Source: Candidatus Marinacidobacterales bacterium (GTDB lineage Bacteria; Acidobacteriota; Vicinamibacteria; Marinacidobacterales; SMYC01). From it: DNA of 64,000 nucleotides. A program made the position numbers and the translations under genes. The notes below the pieces were generated by a model, which did not search any database, was not told the DNA's origin, and saw only the letters and a list, made by a program, of their open reading frames with translations. This document shows positions 7,723-17,047 of this stretch, in pieces; the stretch's first letter is position 1; every line of letters starts with the position of its first letter. The stretch covers positions 1,216,001 to 1,280,000 of the forward strand of contig CBDCYI010000004.1 in assembly GCA_965224085.1 (NCBI GenBank), read 5' to 3'.

Positions 7723-10700
7723 CTACCTGCCGGATGGACGCGAAGACGTCGACGGCAGGCGGATAGGACGCCCTGGCGTCCATCGGACGCCGGCCCCGTC
7801 GAGCTGTTGCTCGAGTGCCGGCAGCTTGTTGCTCACCAGACGATCGACAGAGGCGATTTGCTCGCCGAGCTCCTCGTGGCTGCGCCGGGTCAGCTGGCGC
7901 TGCTCGACGGTGGGGAGCGACGTGGCCGCCTCGACGGCGAAATAGAGCTGACTCACCCGTCTCGCCAGCGGTGGCGCTCCGGGAAGGGTGGCGCCGCCCG
8001 TCTCCTCGCCCTCCAGCGTTCGGAGCATCGTTTCGACGTCGTTCGCGATCTCATCGATGGCATCGTGAATCGAGCCGGAGACGTCTCCATGGGCCGCGAT
8101 TGCCTCACGGATCCCTTTGAGCTTCTCCTCAACCTCGCGGGTCGAGCGCACCAGCGCCCTCGAGGTCGCCATCATCTGGTTGAGCGCCTGAGCGGTGTCG
8201 TGCCACACGCGGCGATCCTCGACACTGATCGTGATGGCGGGATCCCCCGCGACCTCGATGCGTCTCGCCTGTTCGGCATCACCGACCCGGAGCCGTACCT
8301 GGTACGTTCCCAGCAGCACGAAGGGCCCTCTCGGCTGGCCGCGGAAAAACGGAACCGAATCGTCTTCGTCGGGCTCGTACGACAACGGATGCCTCAGATC
8401 CCATACCAGCCGCTTCATGCCGGTGCCCTTCGCACCTTGCGGCGGATCCAGCCGGCGAACGAGCCCACCGTCACCATCCAGGATGTCGAGTTCGATCCGC
8501 GGAGCTCCACCCTCGGAGCCGTTGTCGGTGGACTCCGTTGCCACCTCCATCATCGATGGGTTCACGTAGTAGGCGAGGATCGCCCCTTCGGGAGGGTTCG
8601 GGGCGACGTAGCGCGTGTGGCCCATGCTTCTGCGGCGGCTGAACTTGTGCAACTGGGTCGCGGGCTGAAGGGATGCGAGGTGGAAGTCCGACGCCAGAAC
8701 GTCCTCGGAAAGCTCTTCGAGCAGGGTGATATCTTCGAGGATGAAGAACCCCCTTCCGTGAGTGGCGATCACGAGGTCGTTCTTCTTCGGCTGGATCACC
8801 ATATCGTGCACCGGTACCGTTGGGAGGCCTTCCTTCAAACGTACCCAGTTCTCGCCTCCGTTGATCGTCACGAAGGCCGCGAACTCCGTGCCCACGAACA
8901 GCAGGTTCGCGTTGCGGGGGTGCTCGATGATCACCCGCACCGGGCCGAACTCCGGTAAATCTCCCGTGATGTTGCTCCAAGTCGCCCCGTAGTCGGTGCT
9001 CTTGTACGCATACGGTAAGAAATTGTTGTCCTTGTGGCCCTCGAAGGTAGAATAGAGCGTTCCCTCGGCGTGGTTCGACCACACGACCCGGCTCACGAAC
9101 GTCATCTCCGGGACCGTCTCCGGGATCTCCGCCGCCACCCAGTTGCCACCGTCGTCGCGGGTGATGTGGATCAATCCGTCGTCGGTCCCTACCGCCAGGA
9201 GCCCCTGTTTCAGGCGCGACTCCGAGAACATGGTGATGTTGCCGTAGTCCGAGGTGGCCCGGTGCAGCATGAACGCGTCCCGCGGCTGCACTTTGCCCTG
9301 CAGCGGCAAATCGAAGTGACTCGTCTGCCGGGTCAAGTCGGGGCTGATCACGTTCCAGCTGTCACCACGGTCGGGACTCTTGAACACCACGTTGGCGGAG
9401 AAGTAGATCGATTTGTTGTCGTAGTGCGAGATATGCACCGGCGACGACCAGTTCCAACGATACTTGCTGCCGTCGTCCGGCTGCGCCGGCTGGATGAGCT
9501 TCCCCTCACCCGTCACCGTATCGAAGCGGAGCAGACGCCCGTACTGGGATTCGGTATAGACGATGGTGGGATCCTCTGGGTCGATCTGCACGTAGAAGCC
9601 GTCGCCGCCGGAGGTCCGGTACCAGTCCGCGTTGGTAATGCCGTCGGTGTAGCGCGTACCGCTCGGGCCGCCCATCGAGCCGTTGTCCTGCGTTCCCCCG
9701 TAGACGTAGTAGAAGGGTTCCTGGAGGTCGACGGCGACCGTGTAGAACGTGCTCACCGGCAGGTTCTCGGCGAACTCCCACGTTTCGCCGCCGTTGTCGG
9801 TGATGTAGAAGCCGCCATCGTTGCCGATGAGGATGTGCTTCGAATCGGCGGGATCGATCCACATAGCTTGCTGGTCGCTGTGGACGGTTCTGTCCTTGTA
9901 GGGCCGGGTGAGGGTCCTGCCACCGTCCTCCGACACGCCGTCCTCGTCGGTGACCAGGTAGACGCGCTCCGCATTGCTGGGATCACAGCGGACTTTGCTG
10001 GACGAGGCCTCGTTGACGCGCTCCCAGCTCGCGCCCCGGTCGTCCGATCGGTAGAGCCCCTGCTCGTCCTCTCCCGCCGTGATGCTCGCATAGACGCGGT
10101 CGGGCATGCTGCGGCACACCGAAAGGCCGATCTTCCCCAGATCTCCCTTTGGCAGGCCGTTGGTCAGCCGCACCCAGCGCTCGCCCCCGTCGGTGCTTCG
10201 GTAGATCCCACTCTCCGGACCCCCGCCCAGAAAGCTCCATACCCGCCGCTCCCGTTGAAACGCGGCCGCATACAGCCAGTCCGGATTCCGAGGATCCATT
10301 GCCAGATCCACGACTCCGGTGTGCGGGCTCACGTAGAGCACCTTCTCCCAGCTGGCACCCCCATCCGTGGTCTTGAAGACACCGCGCTCCTCGTTTGCTC
10401 CCCACAACGCGCCACCGCCCGCCACGTACACGGTGTCCGGGTCCTCAGGATGAATGAGGATCTGACCGACGTGTCGGGTCTCTTCCAGTCCCATGTGCTT
10501 CCACGTCTTGCCACCGTCTTCCGACTTGTACACGCCGTCGCCCCACGAAACGCTTCGCCAGTTCCACGTTTCCCCCGAACCCAACCACAGCAGGTTCGGG
10601 TTCGAGGGTGCGATCGCCACCGAGCCCAGGGATGCCGTGCCGCGGTTCTCGAAGATCGGCTTCCAGGTAGAACCGCGATCCATGGATTTCCACAGCCCGC

Positions 10701-10971
10701 CGGTGGACGTCGCCACGTAGATGATGTCGGGATCGCTCTCCACCGCCTCGATGTCGGCGATCCGCCCGCTGATGTGGGCGGGACCGATGTTGCGCCACTC
10801 GAAACTGGTCAGGTGAGACGGTTTCAGCGCTCCGCCGTCACCCGAGCCGCTCTGTGCAGGCTCGGCCGGAACTCCGTAAGCCGAAGGCACCGCTGCTGGC
10901 GCTAGGACGGCGGCCGCGCAGCACAGAATCAGGACGATGCGTACGATGGTCCTCTGTCGTTCGATGCTCAT
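7723..10971 (-). CDS. Secreted VPS10/sortilin-like BNR-repeat protein, tandem paralogue
   Basis: Same architecture as 4519-7701 with long near-identical blocks (e.g. SWGDGVYKSEDGGK, HRATSDYGNIT). Confidence 0.88.
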   Translation of the reverse strand: MSIERQRTIVRIVLILCCAAAVLAPAAVPSAYGVPAEPAQSGSGDGGALKPSHLTSFEWRNIGPAHISGRIADIEAVESDPDIIYVATSTGGLWKSMDRGSTWKPIFENRGTASLGSVAIAPSNPNLLWLGSGETWNWRSVSWGDGVYKSEDGGKTWKHMGLEETRHVGQILIHPEDPDTVYVAGGGALWGANEERGVFKTTDGGASWEKVLYVSPHTGVVDLAMDPRNPDWLYAAAFQRERRVWSFLGGGPESGIYRSTDGGERWVRLTNGLPKGDLGKIGLSVCRSMPDRVYASITAGEDEQGLYRSDDRGASWERVNEASSSKVRCDPSNAERVYLVTDEDGVSEDGGRTLTRPYKDRTVHSDQQAMWIDPADSKHILIGNDGGFYITDNGGETWEFAENLPVSTFYTVAVDLQEPFYYVYGGTQDNGSMGGPSGTRYTDGITNADWYRTSGGDGFYVQIDPEDPTIVYTESQYGRLLRFDTVTGEGKLIQPAQPDDGSKYRWNWSSPVHISHYDNKSIYFSANVVFKSPDRGDSWNVISPDLTRQTSHFDLPLQGKVQPRDAFMLHRATSDYGNITMFSESRLKQGLLAVGTDDGLIHITRDDGGNWVAAEIPETVPEMTFVSRVVWSNHAEGTLYSTFEGHKDNNFLPYAYKSTDYGATWSNITGDLPEFGPVRVIIEHPRNANLLFVGTEFAAFVTINGGENWVRLKEGLPTVPVHDMVIQPKKNDLVIATHGRGFFILEDITLLEELSEDVLASDFHLASLQPATQLHKFSRRRSMGHTRYVAPNPPEGAILAYYVNPSMMEVATESTDNGSEGGAPRIELDILDGDGGLVRRLDPPQGAKGTGMKRLVWDLRHPLSYEPDEDDSVPFFRGQPRGPFVLLGTYQVRLRVGDAEQARRIEVAGDPAITISVEDRRVWHDTAQALNQMMATSRALVRSTREVEEKLKGIREAIAAHGDVSGSIHDAIDEIANDVETMLRTLEGEETGGATLPGAPPLARRVSQLYFAVEAATSLPTVEQRQLTRRSHEELGEQIASVDRLVSNKLPALEQQLDGAGVRWTPGRPIRLPSTSSRPSGR

Positions 10972-10982
10972 GAGCCTTTCTC

Positions 10983-11657
10983 CTATGGCATTCGGTTGGG
11001 CCGACGCTCGCGGAAACGCGACGGTCGCCGGCTGGTGAATAACCTCGATTCTCGGGCCGAAGCTGTTGTGGTGGCGGCACCCAACGGCCGCCTCTTCTGG
11101 AGGGAATCTAGGGCCCTTACTCCTCTCTTGCGCTTCAGAAAGAACTCGTTCGTCCCGGTCTTTTTCCCGTTCCCGTGAACCGCCCAGACCGCTTCGATGC
11201 GATCGTCTTCGAGAATACGGATCTCACCATTGTGGACGTGGATGTCTTTCGCGGGGTCGAGATTGGTTCCTCCGGCGAAAACGAAACGCAGCACGTTGGG
11301 CGTGGAGCTCTCGACGTCCAGTCTCATCTCCGGCTGATTCCCCATGACGCAATAATGCTTGCGGACAAGATCGGCGCCGTCGAGGTGGTAGGCGGTGATC
11401 ATCTCGCGCGAGGTCCCCGGAAAATCGGTCTGCAGGATCGTGTGTCCGGCGGCGCTCACGCGGATCTCGACAAGTCCCAAAGCGCCATCCTCGCTCGTGC
11501 TCGTATCTTCCCATCGCCCGTCGAGGCTCTTGAGCGTCTCGAAAGCCGCGCCGGCGGTGACGTCCTCACCGGCACTGACCGGCCCACCCATGGGGAGCGC
11601 CAGCGCCAGCAGGGAAAAACCGATAGCGTATCGTCCAGGAAAGCTAACGAATCTCAC
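10983..11657 (-). CDS. Conserved hypothetical secreted protein (beta-rich; YHLDG..HYC..GNQP motif)
   Basis: GTG at 11657 after GGAGGAGG RBS; signal-peptide-like N-terminus. The C-terminal ~45 aa look like low-complexity read-through. Confidence 0.6.
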   Translation of the reverse strand: MRFVSFPGRYAIGFSLLALALPMGGPVSAGEDVTAGAAFETLKSLDGRWEDTSTSEDGALGLVEIRVSAAGHTILQTDFPGTSREMITAYHLDGADLVRKHYCVMGNQPEMRLDVESSTPNVLRFVFAGGTNLDPAKDIHVHNGEIRILEDDRIEAVWAVHGNGKKTGTNEFFLKRKRGVRALDSLQKRRPLGAATTTASARESRLFTSRRPSRFRERRPNRMP

Positions 11658-11895
11658 TGTCTCCTCCTCCCGGCTTCTCGCGAGCGGCGAGCCGCTCGAG
11701 GAACACATGGCCGATTAAGCGACCCCCCAACCATACTCCACCACAGGTAGGTTCGTCGAGAGCGCTCGACCAATTAAATCTCCTCCCGAGGAGCTCGGCC
11801 CGGACGAGGGACGGAAGCGTGGCAAGAGGACCGACCTCGTCCTCGAGAAACGAGAGAAACGAGATCGTTCCCCTGACCTGAAAGAGCGCTTCTAT

Positions 11896-13392
11896 CTACT
11901 GCGAAGCCTTTTTGTCCAGAAACACCTGAAAGCTGGTGGGGGTGGCGGCCATGGCCTCCACGTCGTCGATCTCGATGGGAATCGAACGGCTCAACCACTC
12001 GTGACCCGTCTCGGTCACGATCACGTCGTCCTCGAAAGCGACGCGCGGCCCATCGGGTGGGGCGACACCCTGCTCGATGGAGAGCACCATCCCGGGCATC
12101 AACGGCGCTTCATAGTCCCCCTCGTCGTGGACCTCCATGCCGATGAAGTGCCCGATCCCGTAGGTATAGTACTGGTCGTAGCCTCCCGCTTCGCGGAGCA
12201 TGTTCACCGCCAGCTCGTGGAGCTCCCACCAGGTGACACCCGGCTTGATCCTCGAGATCACTGTTTTCTGCACATCGAGGGCGATCTGGTAGAGCCTCCT
12301 TTGCTCCGGCGAGAATTTTCCGTCCACCGGGACGTTGCGCTGCAGATCCGCCGAGTAGTGATTGAAGGCGGCCCCGGTGTCCACATGGACCATATCGCTC
12401 GCCTCGAAGACCCTCGCTCCCGAGCGGGGAACGAACTGGATGAAGCCTTCCGGAACGGCGCGGCGGTGCATCGGTCCCGCCATCGGCATTTTTCGGACCG
12501 CGGTCGGAAAACCCAGGAGCCCGCCCCGATACCGGTAGACGAAGTCCATGATCTCCATGATGTGCTTTTCGGTCAGGCCGACGCGCACCGCCCGCAGACC
12601 CTCGACGATCCCTTCATGGCTGATCGCCACTGCGCGACGAAGCGAGGCGAGGCCGTGAGCGTCGTGGAGCATACGGACCGGATCGAGGATGTCTCCCGAG
12701 TCTCGAATATCGAGCTCGGGCGAGAACCGCTTCAGCCTCTCGAAGTAGGCGAGCCGTGGGGACTCCGGCATCCCCAATCGTAGGAAGCGCGGATAGTTGA
12801 GATAGAGGACCTTGTCGTCACGACCCCAGGTTTTCGAGAGCGCGGCGGGAAGCGGCCACCGGCGGATCTGGGTGATGCGCCAGTCGCGGTAGTCGGTGAG
12901 CGCCACCGAGAGGTCTTCTTCGAGCTCGGGAAACGGCCGGATATCCTCGATGCCGGTGACCGATCGCATCGCCTCGACGTCGGCCGAGGTGTACAGAACC
13001 ACCCAATCCTTCGCCTCGGTGGGGACGAGGAGGATCGCTGAGTCGTAGCTGTCGAGTCCGTCGACGCCGGTCAGGAAGATGAAGTCGTGATTCTCACTGT
13101 GGGGCACCTGGAACTCGAGCCGCCTCGGCTGGGATCGCTCGGCGGAGAAGACGAGCATCGCTCCATCCGGTATGGCATGCAGCACCCGCGCCCGCCGGCG
13201 CGCGAAAATACTCCGGATCTGGTCCGGATCCGGGTTGTCGAGATCGAGCCGCGACGCCAATTCCGCTTCTCGGGTGTAGTCGTACTCTGCCGACGGTGTC
13301 GTCTCTTGCGCCTCGACATTCGCGGTGACGAGCAAGCAGCCGCCAAGGACAAGGGTGACGGCGAAGGGTTCGATGAAATACCTGAGCTTCAT
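11896..13392 (-). CDS. Secreted Xaa-Pro aminopeptidase (peptidase M24B)
   Basis: Signal peptide; metal ligands VDTGA, YSADLQR, GHFIGMEVHD, SIEQG, FEDDV. Confidence 0.88.
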   Translation of the reverse strand: MKLRYFIEPFAVTLVLGGCLLVTANVEAQETTPSAEYDYTREAELASRLDLDNPDPDQIRSIFARRRARVLHAIPDGAMLVFSAERSQPRRLEFQVPHSENHDFIFLTGVDGLDSYDSAILLVPTEAKDWVVLYTSADVEAMRSVTGIEDIRPFPELEEDLSVALTDYRDWRITQIRRWPLPAALSKTWGRDDKVLYLNYPRFLRLGMPESPRLAYFERLKRFSPELDIRDSGDILDPVRMLHDAHGLASLRRAVAISHEGIVEGLRAVRVGLTEKHIMEIMDFVYRYRGGLLGFPTAVRKMPMAGPMHRRAVPEGFIQFVPRSGARVFEASDMVHVDTGAAFNHYSADLQRNVPVDGKFSPEQRRLYQIALDVQKTVISRIKPGVTWWELHELAVNMLREAGGYDQYYTYGIGHFIGMEVHDEGDYEAPLMPGMVLSIEQGVAPPDGPRVAFEDDVIVTETGHEWLSRSIPIEIDDVEAMAATPTSFQVFLDKKASQ

Positions 13393-13479
13393 GATGGCCT
13401 CCAGTCTGGAGCGGCGATTGTACCTTTACTGGAAGGATGCTGGTCGGACATGGTACACCGTCATTCACGAGAGGAGACA

Positions 13480-13686
13480 ATGACGATGAGCTCGACCGGT
13501 CTCAGGCCTTTTTCGTCGGTGCTCGCGCTCGGCGCTTTTTCGCTGATAGGATGCGAGGCCCCAGAGTCCACTCGCACGGAGCCGGCGGAGAAGCCGAACG
13601 TCCTCTTCATTTCCGTCGACGATCTGAACGACTGGATCACGACCTATGACATCTTCGAGTGGCGTTGTTGCACCGCTCTTGGCTGA
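13480..13686 (+). pseudogene. N-terminal fragment of a lipoprotein sulfatase truncated near an IS5 end
   Basis: GAGGAG RBS; lipobox LIGC; sulfatase start motif KPNVLFISVDDLNDW; runs into the IS left end at 13661. Confidence 0.75.
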
Positions 13687-14747
13687 GCGCGAAATCTACC
13701 TATGGTGGTGGCCGAGGTAATGTTCGACCATGAAGTATCCCAAGCGCAGCCAGTACAAGCACGCGAAGCAGAAGAAGTACCACGTTTCCAACTGGGCGGA
13801 ATACAACGAAGGGCTACGCCGCCGGGTCGATTTGACGGTCTGGTTTGACGAGGAGGCAATCGCGAACTGGAAGGCCGACAAGAGCGGTAAGCCTGGCGGT
13901 CAACGGGTCTATTCAGAGATGGCGATTGAAACGGGCCTGGTTGTCCGGATGGTGTACAAGCTTGCCTACCGCCAAACCGAAGGCTTCTTGCACTCGATCG
14001 CCTCGCTTCTCCGGCTGTGTATCGAGATCCCGGACTACTCGACGTTGTGTCGGCGGTCGAGGCTGCTCCGCAAGAAGCTGCGGATTGGGAAAGCCGCAAG
14101 CAATCAACCAATCCACCTGATGATCGATAGCACGGGCTTGAGGATTCATGTTGGAACCACCCGCAAACCGCCAAAGCAGCGCGCCTGGCGCAAGTTGCAC
14201 ATCGCCGTTGATCGCAAGACCGGCAACATTGTTGCGTCCGAACTGACGGCGTCACGAGCTCGCAACGCAACGCGAGTCCCCCCTTTGCTAACACAGATTC
14301 AAGCACCTATAGCGTCGGTGGCGGCGGACAGTGCATACGACAAGGAAGCGGTCTACGAAGCCATCGAAGCGCACAGCCCTGGACGAAGGACGCGCGTGGT
14401 GATTCCGCCGCAACGAAACGCCACGCTCAGTCAGAATTCGAACACCGCCATGCGGGAACGCGACCGCCATATTCGTGCAATCGAAAGACACGGCCGACGT
14501 GAATGGTACAAGCTCTCAGGCTGCACCGAGCGAAGCATGGTGGAGAACGCGGTCTATCGTTACAAGGCGATCATGGGGCCCGAGATGCGGGCTCGAACGT
14601 TGGCGAGGCAACGAGTTGAACACAGAATTGGGTGCGAGATACTCAACAAGATGACCGCGCTCGGCATGCCCGATACTTACTGCGCCGGGTGACTCTCCGA
14701 CCGGCACAGGGAGGTCAGCGATTTGTTCCGGGCCGTGCAACAACGCC
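13661..14747 (+). mobile_element. IS5 family (IS903 group) insertion sequence, 1087 bp
   Basis: 13-bp terminal IRs ggcgttgttgcac (13661-13673) and gtgcaacaacgcc (14735-14747) enclose the transposase; no flanking direct repeat. Confidence 0.9.
13730..14692 (+). CDS. IS5/IS903-group DDE transposase
   Basis: NWAEYNEGLRRR, PDYSTL, IDSTGL, WRKLHIAVD, ADSAYD, RSMVEN, LNKMTALGMP. Confidence 0.93.
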   Translation: MKYPKRSQYKHAKQKKYHVSNWAEYNEGLRRRVDLTVWFDEEAIANWKADKSGKPGGQRVYSEMAIETGLVVRMVYKLAYRQTEGFLHSIASLLRLCIEIPDYSTLCRRSRLLRKKLRIGKAASNQPIHLMIDSTGLRIHVGTTRKPPKQRAWRKLHIAVDRKTGNIVASELTASRARNATRVPPLLTQIQAPIASVAADSAYDKEAVYEAIEAHSPGRRTRVVIPPQRNATLSQNSNTAMRERDRHIRAIERHGRREWYKLSGCTERSMVENAVYRYKAIMGPEMRARTLARQRVEHRIGCEILNKMTALGMPDTYCAG

Positions 14748-14910
14748 GCTCACGCCCGAACGCGCACAACGTTTGCACCTACGCATCAAGTAGGTGGAAT
14801 GGAGAGGTGCTTCCGCCATCGAGTGATGGGATGGACTCCTCCGCTGACATAGACGGCATCGATGTGCCAAAGTCAGTCGAAAGAACGCATCGAAAAAGGA
14901 GGAGTTCCGA

Positions 14911-15945
14911 ATGAAAGATACGACGATCGCTGTGGATCTTGCAAAGAACGTCTTCGAGATTGCCATCTCGCGCGAAGCGGGGAAGGTGTCCAAGCAACTC
15001 CGTGTGAGTCGACCCAAGTTGGTGTCGTTTTTTGCGAAACAGAGCGCTGCCACCGTGCTTCTCGAAGCCTGCGGCTCGGCTCACTTCTGGGCAAGGACGT
15101 TGCGACGGTTGGGACACGACGTCGTCCTGCTCCCACCTCACCTCGTAAGGCCGTATCGACGCGGGAGCAAGAACGACCGCGCGGACACCAAAGCTTTGCT
15201 CGAGGCTTACCGGAACGAGGAGATTCTTTCGGTGCCCATCAAGTCCGTGCGCCAGCACACCCTCGCCGCGCTCCATCGCCTACGCTCAGGATGGCTCTCC
15301 ACACGGACCGCACGCATCAATGCCGTACGCGGGGTCCTGCGCGAGCTCGGACTCTTCATCCCCAAGGGCGCTCACTTCGTCGTGCCCGCCATCTCCGAGC
15401 TCGTCGAAGACGCTGATTCTGATTTGCCCGACGTGCTCCGTCCGCACCTGCGTGATGCGTGCTCCGAGATTCGAGAGCTCAAGGACAAGTGCGCTGGCAT
15501 CGAGCACGAGCTCAAGGCGCTCACCAAGCAGCTTCCTGAGGTGCAACGACTTCTCACCATTCCCGGCATCGGACTTCTGACCGCGACCGCCATCGTCGGC
15601 TTCGTTGGGGATCTGCGCCGCTTCCCATCGGGACGCCGCTTCTCGAGTTACCTCGGCCTCGTTCCCAAAGAGAACTCCAGTGGTGACATTCGCCGCCTCG
15701 GGCGCATCACCAAGCGTGGCGACTCCTACCTCCGTACGCTCCTCACGCAGGGCGGACGCGCCGTGCTCCGAGCGGCCAACGTCAGCAAGAGCCCGCCCGA
15801 CAAGCTCCGCGCCTGGGCGCGGAAGCTCCACCGCTCGCGGGGACACAACAAAGCCGCGATTGCTGTCGCCAACAAACTCGCCCGGATAGTCTGGGCCGTC
15901 TCCACCCGCGAGAGTGAATTCCAGTCGGTGCCCGCGGCCGCATAG
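14911..15945 (+). CDS. IS110-family DEDD recombinase/transposase
   Basis: AVDLAKNVF, LEACG, KNDRAD (DEDD RuvC-like), IPGIG, GLVPKENSSG (catalytic Ser region), AVANKLARIVWA; AGGAGG RBS. Confidence 0.93.
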   Translation: MKDTTIAVDLAKNVFEIAISREAGKVSKQLRVSRPKLVSFFAKQSAATVLLEACGSAHFWARTLRRLGHDVVLLPPHLVRPYRRGSKNDRADTKALLEAYRNEEILSVPIKSVRQHTLAALHRLRSGWLSTRTARINAVRGVLRELGLFIPKGAHFVVPAISELVEDADSDLPDVLRPHLRDACSEIRELKDKCAGIEHELKALTKQLPEVQRLLTIPGIGLLTATAIVGFVGDLRRFPSGRRFSSYLGLVPKENSSGDIRRLGRITKRGDSYLRTLLTQGGRAVLRAANVSKSPPDKLRAWARKLHRSRGHNKAAIAVANKLARIVWAVSTRESEFQSVPAAA

Positions 15946-15989
15946 AGGCTCCACTTTCGTGTTTTCCTTCTTCCCTTCCAACAGAGGCT

Positions 15990-16170
15990 GCGACGATACC
16001 CATCCAACTGATGGCGTACCGGTCGGACCGGCGCGGGGTCAAGCCGATAGCAACACTGGCCCTCAGAGGTCGCTCAAAGTGATTGGCTCCTCGCGCGCGG
16101 ATTTTCCGTCATGGCCCGGAGCACCCAAGACGCTCCTCACTGAGGCCGTAGATATGTTTGCAGTCTGACC
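15990..16170 (+). ncRNA. Predicted seekRNA/bridge RNA of the IS1111-type element (copy 1; boundaries approximate)
   Basis: IS1111-like NCR scaffold gatggcg..ggtcggaccggcg..gccgat..gcggattt..catggcccg..ggccgtagatatg..tgca. Contains segments matching the reconstructed target and donor sites (see findings). Confidence 0.7.
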
Positions 16171-16213
16171 CACTCGTCACCGATTTGGACGAGCAGCTCT
16201 GAGGAAGACTTTT

Positions 16214-16506
16214 TTGAACGAGGAGATTCTTTCGGTGCCCATCAAGTCCGTGCGCCAGCACACCCTCGCCGCGCTCCATCGCCTGAGGATGGCTCTCCAC
16301 ACGGACCCACGCATCAATGCCGTACGCGGGATCCTGCGCGAGCTCGGACTCTTCATCCCCAAGGGCGCTCACTTCGTCGTGCCCGCCATCTCCGAGCTCG
16401 TCGAAGACGCTGAGATTTGCCCGACGTGCTCCGTCCGCACCTGCGTGATGCGTGCTCCGAGATTCGAGAGCTCAAGGACAAGTGCGCTGGTCGAGCACGA
16501 GCTCAA
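16214..16506 (+). pseudogene. Degenerate internal duplicate of part of the IS110 transposase
   Basis: Copy of ~15213-15515 with several small deletions (e.g. cgcctacgctcagg to cgcctgagg). Confidence 0.85.
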
Positions 16507-16589
16507 TATGAGGAAGACTTTTTTGAGAAAGGTGTTGATTGAGGAGTCCAGATATGACCCACTCGTCACCGATTTGGACGAGCAGCTCT

Positions 16590-16860
16590 GAGGCTCCACT
16601 TTCGTGTTTTCCTTCTTCCCTTCCAACAGAGGCTGCGACGATACCCATCCAACTGATGGCGTACCGGTCGGACCGGCGCGGGGTCAAGCCGATAGCAACA
16701 CTTCAGAGGTCGCTCAAAGTGATTGGCTCCTCGCGCGCGGATTTTCCGTCATGGCCCGGAGCACCCAAGACGCTCCTCACTGAGGCCGTAGATATGTTTG
16801 CAGTCTGACCCACTCGTCACCGATTTGGACGAGCAGCTCTGAGGAAGACTTTTTTGAGAA
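16590..16860 (+). ncRNA. Second copy of the IS1111 3' non-coding region / seekRNA carrying a 5-bp deletion
   Basis: Identical to ~15945-16217 except that ggccc (16058-16062 in copy 1) is missing. Confidence 0.65.
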
Positions 16861-16921
16861 AGGTGTTGATTGAGGAGTCCTGAGGAAGACTTTTTTGAGA
16901 AAGGTGTTGATTGAGGAGTCC
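16840..16921 (+). repeat. 41-bp tandem repeat of the IS right-end segment
   Basis: tgaggaagacttttttgagaaaggtgttgattgaggagtcc at 16840-16880 and 16881-16921; a further copy at 16509-16549 and a partial copy at 16200-16217. Confidence 0.92.
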
Positions 16922-16967
16922 AGATATGATGCTACGGCGGTTGCGTTTTAGGCTTTTGTTCGATTGT

Positions 16968-16995
16968 TGAAATAAAACACGGTCGCGCGACGTCT
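16968..16995 (+). promoter_or_regulatory. Candidate ECF-sigma autoregulatory promoter
   Basis: TGAAAT-N17-CGTCT about 50 bp upstream of the ECF gene; resembles TGAAAC/CGTC ECF promoter consensus. Confidence 0.45.
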
Positions 16996-17047
16996 CATTA
17001 GTAGGGCCGGCACGTGGAAGGGCGGCGCGCGGTATGCTGGGTCGCCT

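Larger units (their letters stand above)
14824..16928 (+). mobile_element. IS1111-type element (IS110 family) with rearranged, duplicated right end
   Basis: Sub-terminal IRs atggactcctc (14831-14841) and gaggagtccag (16913-16923). TG core at 14824-25 (7 nt from left STIR including TG) and at 16927-28 (3 nt after right STIR). Long 3' non-coding region. Confidence 0.85.

Noticed and set aside
11755-11895. Intergenic hairpins (ggacgagg/cctcgtcc, gagaaacga x2) as a riboswitch or sRNA
   Set aside because: No complete recognisable family consensus; GC-rich stems arise easily by chance.
16200-16921. 41-bp repeats as a CRISPR array
   Set aside because: Spacing is irregular (0 to ~300 bp), intervening DNA is IS-derived, the repeat is the IS right end, and there are no cas genes.
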